From Octopus vulgaris (taxonomy: Eukaryota), in assembly GCA_951406725.2 (NCBI GenBank), contig OX597839.1, forward strand, positions 39,370,001-39,434,000: a stretch of DNA of 64,000 nucleotides. Direction: 5' to 3'. The notes under the pieces were generated by a model that saw only the letters and a list, made by a program, of their open reading frames with translations, made no database searches and was not told the DNA's origin. A program made the translations under genes and the position numbers. This document shows positions 53,606 through 64,000 of this stretch, one piece after another (the stretch's first letter is position 1; each line of letters opens with the position of its first letter).

Positions 53606-53900
53606 CATCATCATCGTTTAGCGTCCGTTTTCCATGCTAGCATGGGTTGGACGGTTCTACTGGGGTCTGTGAAGCCAGAAGGCTTCATTAGGCCCAGTCA
53701 AATCTGGCAGTGTTTCTACGGCTGGATGCCCTTCCTAACGCCAACCACTCCGTGAGTGTAGTGGGTGCTTTTACGTGCCACCCGCACAGGTGCCAGACAG
53801 AGCTGGCAACGGCCACGAACGGATGGTGCTTTTTACGTGCCACCCGCACAGGTGCCAGACAGAGCTGGCAATCGGCCACGAACGGATGGTGCTTTTTATG
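53606..53900 (-). mobile_element. SINE family C
   Basis: Core motif; internal duplication of about 62 bp. Confidence 0.88.
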
Positions 53901-53919
53901 AACTTTAACATTTAACACA

Positions 53920-54949
53920 ATTATCTGAATGCTTATGGGCTGATGGAAGAGTCAACACCGGAACAAAGTCAGATGAAAAATGGTCCACAAAATATACAGG
54001 AAGCAAGGAAACAAAGTGAAAAATCCTACTCGGTCACAGTCGGTTTGAACTGAAAGATGGTTTCACAGAAAGAACTTCATTTAAAAAAAAAAAACTTGGC
54101 TGTGAAACAATTTGAGGTGAACTTCTGCTTCCCAACTAGATGGTTCTGGGTTCAGTCTCACAGCATGACAACTCAGGCAAGTGTCTTCTACTATAGGCTC
54201 AAGCTGACCAGAGCCATGTGAGTGGATTTGGTAGATGGAAACCGAAAGAAGCCCATCATGTGTGTGTGTGTGTGTTTGTTTGTCTCCCGACACCACTTGA
54301 CACCTGATGTTAGTGTGTTTATGTCCACGTAACTTACCAGTTTGGCAAAAATGATAGATCAGCCTTTAAAAAAAGAAACAAGAAAAAATGTACTGGGGTC
54401 GATTCATGCAACTAAAAAATTCTTGAAGACAGTGCTCCGGCATGGCCACAGCCTAATGACTGAAGCAAGTAAAAGGCAGAAAGATAAGGATATACAGGAA
54501 GCAAGAGAAGAACTAAGTAGAATGCTTTAGTCTGTCGCAATCAGTTTGAATTGTAAACGGTTTCACAGAAAGAAACTATGTTTACAAAAAACTTGGCAGT
54601 GAAGCAATTTAAGGTGAACTTAATGCAACAAGTATGATAAAAATTAATTCTGAAATATAATTTCATGAGATAAGAAGAACTATTTCATCTGTAAAGGATT
54701 TACAAAGAACTTGATGAACAAGGCCATAAAGTATTATGGAGTTCACTGAATTGATGTATTATAAATATCTTGTACTTTAAATATCATTATTAGGCTAAAA
54801 GAGATTTATTGTGCATATCAAAATACATACAGCCAAACATTGAAGCGTTGGACTATTTGCAGAAGCAGACAGATCTGAGTAGGGATATATGTGAAGCAAT
54901 GTTGACTCTGGAAGATTTTGAACTCGAAATGAAGAGGCAATGCAAATAA
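53920..54949 (+). pseudogene. Decayed annexin-like sequences (53920-54122 and 54481-54949) separated by a family B SINE
   Basis: LMNKAIKYYGVH*IDVL*ISCTLNIIIRLKEIYCAYQNTYSQTL/LDYLQKQTDLSRDICEAMLTL versus annexin L.KAMKG.GTDE..LIEILCTR....EI..AY...Y...L...I..D.SGD....LL.L. Confidence 0.55.
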
Positions 54950-54970
54950 TGCTAGGCAATTTTTGCAAAA

Positions 54971-55501
54971 TGGGATTGCAAAGGATTAATTCACTTTGAA
55001 TTGTTACCACCTAATGCGACAATCAATGCTCAAGTCTACTGTCGGCAATTAGAGCATTTAAAACAAGCTTTCAAGAAAAAAAAGACCCGCTTTAGTGAAT
55101 CGAAAAGGAGTGATGTTTCATCAGGACAATGCGCGGCCCCACACTGCAAAGATCACATCTTAGAAGATTGAAGAGCTTGGTTAGGAAAAAAATTCCTCAT
55201 CCACCTTATTCTCCCGACCTTGCTCCTTCAGACTACTATGTGTTTCGTAGTTTACAGAATCATTTTGGGGGACATAACTTTCCTAAGCCAGGAGGTCAAA
55301 ACTGACATTTCAGAGTTCTTCGCTTTGAAACCAAAACTTTTTTTTTTACATTGACGGGATCAAAAAGCTTGTAAATAGATGGAAGGAAGTCATAGATAAT
55401 CAGGGAAAGTACATTGATGATTAAATTTCAATTAAATATAACATCTGATCACTTGTTTTCTTTATTCAAAATTCGGACAGAACATATGGGATGACCTGAT
55501 A
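54971..55501 (+). mobile_element. Mariner transposase 3' half plus right TIR (inactive)
   Basis: WDCKGLIHFELL..FHQDNARPH..HPPYSPDLAPSDY..WKEVIDNQGKY; stops and frameshifts; TIR-like end GGATGACCTGA|TA. Confidence 0.92.
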
Positions 55502-55982
55502 GTTGTGAGTGTTTGTGTATGTGTGTGTGCCTTTGCTGAGATTTGAACTCAATACATAAACAGCCACAACGAATATTTGAAAAGCAGTTTGTCAACCGTT
55601 CCATCAGTTCACCACTTTGATTGTATCAGGATGTATTGATTTGAGGAAAATTTAGCTGTTATTTTTAGCTCATGAGGAAGTAGTAGTAGTGGCGGTAGTA
55701 GTAGTACCAGCAGTAATAGTAGTAATGGTGGTGGTGGTGGTAATAGTAGTGGCGGTGGTGGTGGTAGATCCAGCATGGGCTGATCTTGTAGACGTATATG
55801 AATCTATGATTAACAATTGACTTTCCAACCACGACCATCCTGTCCGACATCCAAATATCAATGAATCTAAGATTGCGTTATTGATTCAAGGCATCCTTTT
55901 GCTACATTTATTCTTTCTTTCCAATTATGACACCAGGGCTTATGACTTGAGAGAGAGGAGACTTGGTTGCTATTCCTAGCAG

Positions 55983-56028
<46 letters not shown>

Positions 56029-56309
56029 CAGCAGCAGCAGCATCTGCAGCAGTGGCATCATTTAACAGAGGTGCTTAACTTATGTGATTCGAGGGAGAGG
56101 TATTTGCTTGTGGCTTACGTCGGGACAAGCTACCGTGTAGAGGCCACCCTTGTTGACTGTGGTCAGTCGGTCGGTCGATCGGTCAGTCAGTCGATTGGTC
56201 AGTGTCCATCATCTGTCTGTCGGCCGGTTGTTCAGCCGAGATATATAAGTTCGTTAGTCAGGTTTGTTGGTTTGATACAAACAGAATCTTTATCAATCAG
56301 AAACATACA

Positions 56310-56344
<35 letters not shown>

Positions 56345-56346
56345 TA

Positions 56347-56378
<32 letters not shown>

Positions 56379-56671
56379 GATAATAATAATGAAAGGGAAA
56401 ATGTGGAGGGGAGGAGTAGGGGAGGGAACTAAAATGTACCATACTCTCAGAAATATAAAAACAATAATTACCAAAATAAGTAAAAAAAAATAACAACAAC
56501 AACAAGAAAAAACAAAGATATGAATAGCAAAAAGTGAGGGAGGGGTGGTGGGAGCACTAATGTGAGGAACAGGAACTATAGACATTTAGCAATCCAATCA
56601 ATACACAGACACACAGACAGACATATAAATACACATACAGACACACACGTGCACACACCTACACACAGGGC

Positions 56672-56704
<33 letters not shown>

Positions 56705-57897
56705 ATATATATATATGTATATATATATGCACACACATACCAATGTGTCTTATAGATCGACACAGACACACACACACACACACACATATATACACACACA
56801 ATGGCACCAACTCTGACACACACATTCACAAGCATGGACACAGACAAATATATGTGCATAGATATACTCACAACACAAACACACATATATACAAACGCGT
56901 ACATACATACATACACGCATATATGTATACATATACATACAATCATACATGCACACACACACACACATATATACATATATATATATACATACACACACAC
57001 ACAGTATATACACACATACAAGGGTACCAACACTAATCAGCACAAATGCCAATATACACACACAGATATGTATATACAAAAAAACCCATCTCTCATGCAC
57101 ACACACACATGGGTATGTGCACAGACACAGACACACACATACATACACACCAGGGCACCAACATTAGACACATACACACACAGAAAATATATACAGTATA
57201 AAACCAATCAATAGACACAAAAATCAATAGCTTAGATGGGGGCTTGTATGGATGGTGTGGTGGTGCGGGTGAAGTGTGTGGCAGTGGTTGTCATGGAAGG
57301 AGAGGGGAACAACTATAGCATCATCAACAACAACAGTAGCAATAAAAAGTCAGAGAGAACTGGAAAAGCAATTATCAAAAATGAAAAATTAGTTTCAGAA
57401 TTCCTTATGTATGTCTGTCTTCTATATATATAATATATATATATCCACCCACTACTTATATACATTTATACATCAGTCCATACACACACATACACACGTA
57501 TAGATATATATATATACTTATATAATATATACATATATACTTATATAATATATACATCCCCCACAACATGTATACATTTGTACATGCGTGTATGTGTGTG
57601 TGTAGAAAAGAAGAAGGACTTGTATTTCTCGTGTATCTGTCTGAAAAAGCATTCAGTTTGATTATGCATGTTGCATTTATGAGTTGCAGTTGAGGATTGC
57701 ACTTATTGTGTGACATCATGCTGTTACCAAATACCGAAACATATGTAACATTAAATAAAAGTAAACCCTTACTGATGTGCTATTTATATTACGTTATATC
57801 CCTCGTGTGATTCTGCAATGGTGCGAGTTTACTCTGATTAGCAATAAGACCCAATATCTAAACAATAAAATTGTCACACACAATAAAACTATCATGC

Positions 57898-57944
<47 letters not shown>

Positions 57945-57961
57945 ATACATATACAGTAAGA

Positions 57962-58350
57962 GCACTAGAGAAGCCAACTATGTTGATCAAAAAAGAAGCA
58001 AAAAAAAAAGGTCAAAGGTTATTTGCATTAATCCTGTGACATCTGAATAAATTTAGTATCAAAATATTTTTACATGTTTATCTTTCTCTCAACAGTGTAT
58101 ATTTCTTTTCTTTTGCCAGACTCAGTATATATGAAAGGAACCACTTTTAACGTCTGGAAAAAATACAAGAGACTACAAACTTGAGTGGCTTCACCTGAGA
58201 AACATAAGAATTCTTTAAACATTGAATCTCTGGCTTTGTCTTAAGAGCTAGACAGTTTTGGTTGTTTATAGTTTCTTAGAGACTTAAGCTGTAACCTTCT
58301 CAAACTTCAATATAGGTGAGAAATTTTGGCCAAAACTTACGAATCCCCAA
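57962..58350 (+). pseudogene. Decayed annexin-like fragment (linker plus repeat 3)
   Basis: TREANYVDQK..KKKGQRLFAL (compare RDE...VD...A..DAQ.LY.A), FARLS, NVWKKYKRL, NIESLALS*ELDSF, EILAKTYES. Confidence 0.5.
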
Positions 58351-58505
58351 CTCTGATTTCTCTCACTCTCTCTCTATCTATCTAAGGTATTTAAATGTAC
58401 ACTGTATTTATATGAATAATATATAGTCTATTGACTAATTTTTCTACATGCTAGGCCACTGGTAGTAAACATTTCTAAAATCTTTATTACCCTGATATAT
58501 TATTA

Positions 58506-58578
<73 letters not shown>

Positions 58579-58932
58579 GGCACTAGATTATAAAGTGCCT
58601 TTGCTGATGCCATGTACAAAACACCCAGTACACTCTGTAAAGTGTTTGGTGTTAGGAGGAGCATCCAACCATAGAAACCGTGCCAAAACAAATGACTAGA
58701 GCCTGGTGCAGTCCTATAACTTGTCAGCACTTGTCAAACCATCAAACCTGTACCAACCAGTATGGAAAACAGAAGTTAAATGATGATGGTGAAGAGGAGG
58801 GGGAGGACATAAATACACAGATCAGAGAACTAACTGACTGAGATGTAGTGACACTCAACAGCTGAAAACCAACAAACTGATTGCTAAACACAGCACCTCC
58901 ATGCCAGAAAAAAAACAGAGAAAGAGAGAGGG

Positions 58933-59335
58933 GGGAGTGGCTGTGTGATAAGTAGCTTGCTTACCAACCACATGGTTTTGGGTTCAGTCCCACTGCATGG
59001 CACCTTGGGCAAGTGTCTTCTACTATAGCCTCGGGCTGACCAAAGCCTTGTGAGTGGATTTGGTAAACAGAAACTGAAAGAAACCTGTCGTATGTATGTG
59101 TATATATATATGTATATATATATGTATATGTTTGTGTGTCTGTGTTTGTCCCCCCAACATCGATTGACAAACAATGGTGGTGTGTTTATGTGCCCGTAAC
59201 TTAGCAGTTCGGCAAAAGAGACCAATAGAATAAGTACTAGGCTAACAAAGAATAAGTCCTGGGATCGATTTGCTCGACTAAAGGCGGTGCTCCAGCATGG
59301 CCACAGTCAAATGACTGAAACAATTAAGAGAGTAA
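58933..59335 (+). mobile_element. SINE family B
   Basis: Full-length match. Confidence 0.9.
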
Positions 59336-59396
59336 CAAACATTTATATACTATAAATCTCATTAAATGCGAAAAGGGCATTACTTCTGCCGTAACC

Positions 59397-59436
<40 letters not shown>

Positions 59437-61099
59437 CATACATATCATCAGCAGCAGTAGCAACATTAAATTATGATGATGATGATGTATGTGAGAGAAG
59501 GTGAAAAGGAGACGGTTAGATATGGCTGGGTGGTTAAAAATTTTACATCGCGACTGTGTGTTTCAACTCTTGGAGATGTTCCATATAATGAATATTTAGA
59601 AGTTTGTGCAAATGGAAAAAATCACAATATTTTCTTTTTACAAAATAAAACAAGAAAATGATTAACTGTAAAAGGCAAAAAAAAAACAATCTAAAAGATT
59701 TCTAAATCGTAAACCAAGTCGGAAATGTTCAACACCACTACTAAAAGCAACTTCCTCCACACAGATTCACCATAACACGTGTGTTTGAAGACCTGTAAAC
59801 AGAGAAAGCTCTTAACACAATACAAAAATTCCCTCCAAAAGGTTCATGTTATTCTGTTTTTTCAAAGATTTCTATATGATTAATAATTCATAATTTAAGA
59901 AAATCTTCAAATATATGTATATATGTGTGTGTATATATATATATATATATACACACATACATAGGCATATATATGTGTGTATGTTTATAAATGCATACAT
60001 ATATGCCCATATACATAGATGTATGTATATATTTATTGATATATATGAATGAATATTAATGTGTATATATATATATATATATATATATGTATTTTTGCAT
60101 ACATGCAGACTTACTGATAGGCAGATGCCTTCATCGATGTATAGGAAGAATTAACACCAATCCACCACCACCACCACCACCAAACTCCCTTCCCCTCACA
60201 CACAACACTCACCATATCTCCTCCACCCCACACTTGTTCTTCGATTCCTGTTTCACCGCCACCACGCTCTACCACTTCACACACTCAACCACCACCACCA
60301 CCAACAACACCACCCTCCTCCCAACTACTACAAGCCCCCCCCCATCATCATCACCACCACCACCACTACCACTCTCCTCCCAACTACTACAAGCACCACC
60401 CCATCACCACCACCACGGAAGGTTTGAAATGGAAAACACAGCAAAGCATTTTGAGACGGATCAAAAAGACGAGATTCCATTTAACTGCGGCAGCTAAACC
60501 AAACAACAACAACGACAACAACAACTACAACAACATCAATTAATGGCATACGAAGGAGCAAGTGGTGGCGCCGCCGTTTCTGCTGCAGGTATTGAAGGTG
60601 GTGGTGGTGGTAGTGGTTGTGGTGGTGTAAATGCAATAATATGAATAATAATCCATATATTATGAAGAAAATAGTCCTTCTCGAAGCAGATGGTTATGTA
60701 ATAGAGGTTTTGTTTGTGAAGTTAACAACATGTGAGATGACTGGATACAGAGAGTGGTGGGTGGGTGGGTGGAGGGGGTGGGGATGAGGTGGTAGTGGCG
60801 GAGGAGGAATATATGTCTGTGTGTCTCTCTGACTCTCCTGTCTGTTGTTGATGTTGTCTGTGTGCGCGCATGTGTGTGTGTGTATGATGTGTGCTGTGTA
60901 TGTGTGTTGTTGCATGTTGCTGGTTCTATATACGAGTGGTATGATGTGTGTGTGTGTGTGTGTGTATGTGCGTGTGTGTGTACATGTATGTGTATCTGTA
61001 TCTAAACGTGTTTGTGGTGTGTTTATGTGTGTGTTTGTGCACGTGCATGTAAATGATGTGTTCTGTGCGTTGTTGGCATTTGCAGTGTATGTGTATGTA

Positions 61100-61510
61100 T
61101 GTAGTTAAGCGTGTGTATGTGTGCGTATGTGTGTGTGTATGTGGTTAAGCATGTGTATATGTGGTTGAGAGTGTGTATGTGTGGTTAAGAGTGTGTATGT
61201 ATGGTTAAGCATGTGTGTGTATGTGGAGTTAAACATGTATGATGTGTATGTGTGTGTGGTTAAGTGTGCGTATGATATGTATGTATGTCGATAAGCGTGT
61301 ATGATGTGTGTGTGTATGTGTGTATGAAGTGTATGTGCGTGTACGCGTGGTTAAGCATGCACGTGTGTATGTGGTTAAGTGTGTTTATGATGTGCATGTG
61401 TAGTTAAGTGTGTATGTGTGTGTATATGTGGTTAAGCGTGTGTATGATATATGTGTATGTGTGGTTAAGCATGCATGTGTGGATGTGTATGTGTGGTTAA
61501 GCATGTATAT
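61100..61510. repeat. Degenerate minisatellite with GTGGTTAAG core in (TG)n
   Basis: About 14 exact or near-exact cores spaced 20-55 bp apart. Confidence 0.8.
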
Positions 61511-61774
61511 GATATGTGTGCGATTATTCATCTGTATGACATATATGTGCAGTTATCCATGTATGAGACGTGTGCATACATATGTGTGTATCTGTATTTA
61601 AACATGTTTCTACATGTGTTTAGATATATGTGAGTGTGTATATGTGTATTGCTGGTTCTATATATATATATGTGTGTGTGGGGCGGTTTGTGCATTATAT
61701 GTCTGCATATGTGTGTGTATACATATTTACACACATGTGCATGTGTGTATATGTGTCTATTGTATTTTGGGACT

Positions 61775-61818
<44 letters not shown>

Positions 61819-62551
61819 ATGTGCATATTTTATGTATGTAAATGCGCGTGTACACGTTTTTATACAGATTTCAGTGTGTATAGACATACAGATGTGTCTA
61901 AAAATGTGTGTGTGTGTGTATGTGTGTGCACATATTATATGAATATATGAATGACAGATCTGTGTGTTGTGCATGTTGGTGTTTCTGTGTGGGTGTGTGT
62001 GTGTGTTTTTGTGTATATAGGTACTATGTGTGTACGTGTATATGCAGTTATACAAGTGTGTGTGTTTAGTTACATGTATATGCATGGTTATATATTTGTG
62101 TGATGCTGGTTTCATATACATGGTATAGTGTGTCCGTGTGACTATTATATTGGGATATATGTATGTGTATTTATATACATGTATGTGTATGTGTCTACAA
62201 TGTAGGAATGATGCTGTGTGTGTGTATGTGTTTGTGTATCATATATACATGCCTGCATTGATACATGTGTGTATGTTTGGATGTGTGTATGCATACAAGT
62301 TCCATGTTCTCATTTTAACAAAATGAATTTCCAAACAGGTACTAAGAATAAACATACATATATATATACATGCAAGAAAATCTATCTTTTAATGAAAAGA
62401 TGACGGAAAAGGAAGATAACAATATTTGGAATATGAACTGGAGATAGTATTCAAGGCCTTCGATAGGATGCATATGTGTGTGTATAAATATATACATAAC
62501 ATACATATACAAATATATATATATATATACATGTATGTATGTATATATATA

Positions 62552-62585
<34 letters not shown>

Positions 62586-62586
<1 letters not shown>

Positions 62587-62830
62587 AGGTGCGTGGCTTA
62601 GTGGTTAGGGTATCGGCACCATGATCGTAAGATTGTGGTTTCGATACTTGGACTGGGCGACACGATGTGTTCTTGAACAAAACACTTCATTTCACGTTGC
62701 TCCAGTCCACTCAGCTGGCAAAAATGAGTAACGCTGTGATAGACTTGCATCCTGTCCAGCTGGGGAACACATATGCCATAGAAACCGGGCCCATGAGCCT
62801 GGCTAGGCTTTAAAAGGGCACATTTATTTT
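62586..62830 (+). mobile_element. tRNA-derived SINE family D
   Basis: TGGCTTAGTGG A-box, GGTTTCGATAC B-box-like; 3' part shared with about 52075-52110. Confidence 0.75.
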
Positions 62831-63332
62831 TTTGTTTTATTTTATATATATATATATATATGTGTCACAATAAATGGATCCAAGTAATCCAGTGGTCTCT
62901 ATGGATAGCTGACCTTTGTAATAATTGTGTTATGAACACACCGTTGTTGTGATATACACAACAGCAACTAACATGTTTGTATTTGAATCTGCCAGAATGA
63001 ATCAAGTATGCATCTGTAAATCCTTGTGTCAGATTTTGCCGTACACAGTGCAAATAATGATATCTGTATCAGTTGGCAGATATCAGCACTGATCAGCAAA
63101 CAGTTGGGTCACTGAAATAATAAACAAAGCCACTGGCTTGCTTAGGCTCAAAGCCCTGATTCTTTTTGGCTGAGAAGACACATGTTGAAACACTGATATC
63201 TCAGAATCCCTTGCAACCCAATGAGTCAAGTGTGCAATGAACACATTGTCACTGAAGTTGTTCTCCTGTGACTTACACAACAGTGACTTACATATCTGTT
63301 GAAACATATTAAGAATGAATTTGAAAACCAAT

Positions 63333-63647
63333 ACTCTTTTACTTGTTTCAGTCATTTGACTGTGGCCATGCTAGAGCACCGCCTTTTAGTAGAGCAAATA
63401 TCGACCCCAGGACTTATTCTTTGTAAGCTTAGTACTTATTCTATCGGTCTCTCTTGCCAAACCTCTAAGTTACGGGGACGTAAACACAGACACACAAACA
63501 CATACATATATATATATACACACGATGGGCTTCTTTCAGTTTCCATCTACCAAATCCACTCACAAGGTTTCGGTCAGCCCGAGGCTATAGTAGAAGACAG
63601 TTGCCCAAGGTGCCACGCAGTGGGACTGAACCCGGAACCATGTGGTT
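63333..63647 (-). mobile_element. SINE family B
   Basis: Family match. Confidence 0.88.
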
Positions 63648-64000
63648 CAATCATACATTATCCCAAAGCTTTGAGATTTCAATAATGTGATTGCTTAGTT
63701 TCAGAATGACATTGTGGAGTAGGTGCGAGAGAGGCCAGAACCAGTCATAGAATATTTGGGCTGGGGTTTGGTCAGTTTAAATGCCAAAGGGTTAACTGAC
63801 TTGTTTTACTCTTTTTGATGTGGACCCCTAAAAAAAAAAAAATCCATGTTTTGGATCTGGCCTGGATATTAAGAATGTTGAGATCCATCGGTACGAATGC
63901 TGAAGCTAACGATGTAATGAGTGAGTAACGAGATAGCCGTGATATGTAAATGGACATTAAATACTTGACGATGCGAAGACAAGTGGGCTGATGACAGCAA

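Overview
This is repeat-dense, AT-rich eukaryotic DNA. The SINE families, the (TA)n/(CA)n/(AAT)n/(GGT)n microsatellites and the overall texture are what I recall for an Octopus-type coleoid cephalopod genome; that assignment is an inference. I find no intact protein-coding gene, and almost all supplied ORFs are translations of microsatellites or SINEs. Recognisable content: (1) dozens of tRNA-derived SINE copies, some as head-to-tail concatemers with fixed junctions; (2) decayed transposon coding remnants (hAT C-terminus, mariner, two R4/Dong-type RLE retrotransposon 3' ends, a Tx1/L1-like 3' end); (3) hAT, Tc1/mariner and piggyBac-type MITEs; (4) Penelope-like remnants carrying type I hammerhead ribozyme motifs and palindromes; (5) several minisatellites. 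The main unexpected observation comes from hand-translating the short unique islands between repeats. About a dozen of them, on both strands, read as broken and very divergent annexin-repeat sequences with no evident introns. This suggests a decayed cluster of an expanded annexin-like family. All protein assignments come from manual translation and recalled consensus motifs, not database searches, and coordinates of degenerate features are approximate.
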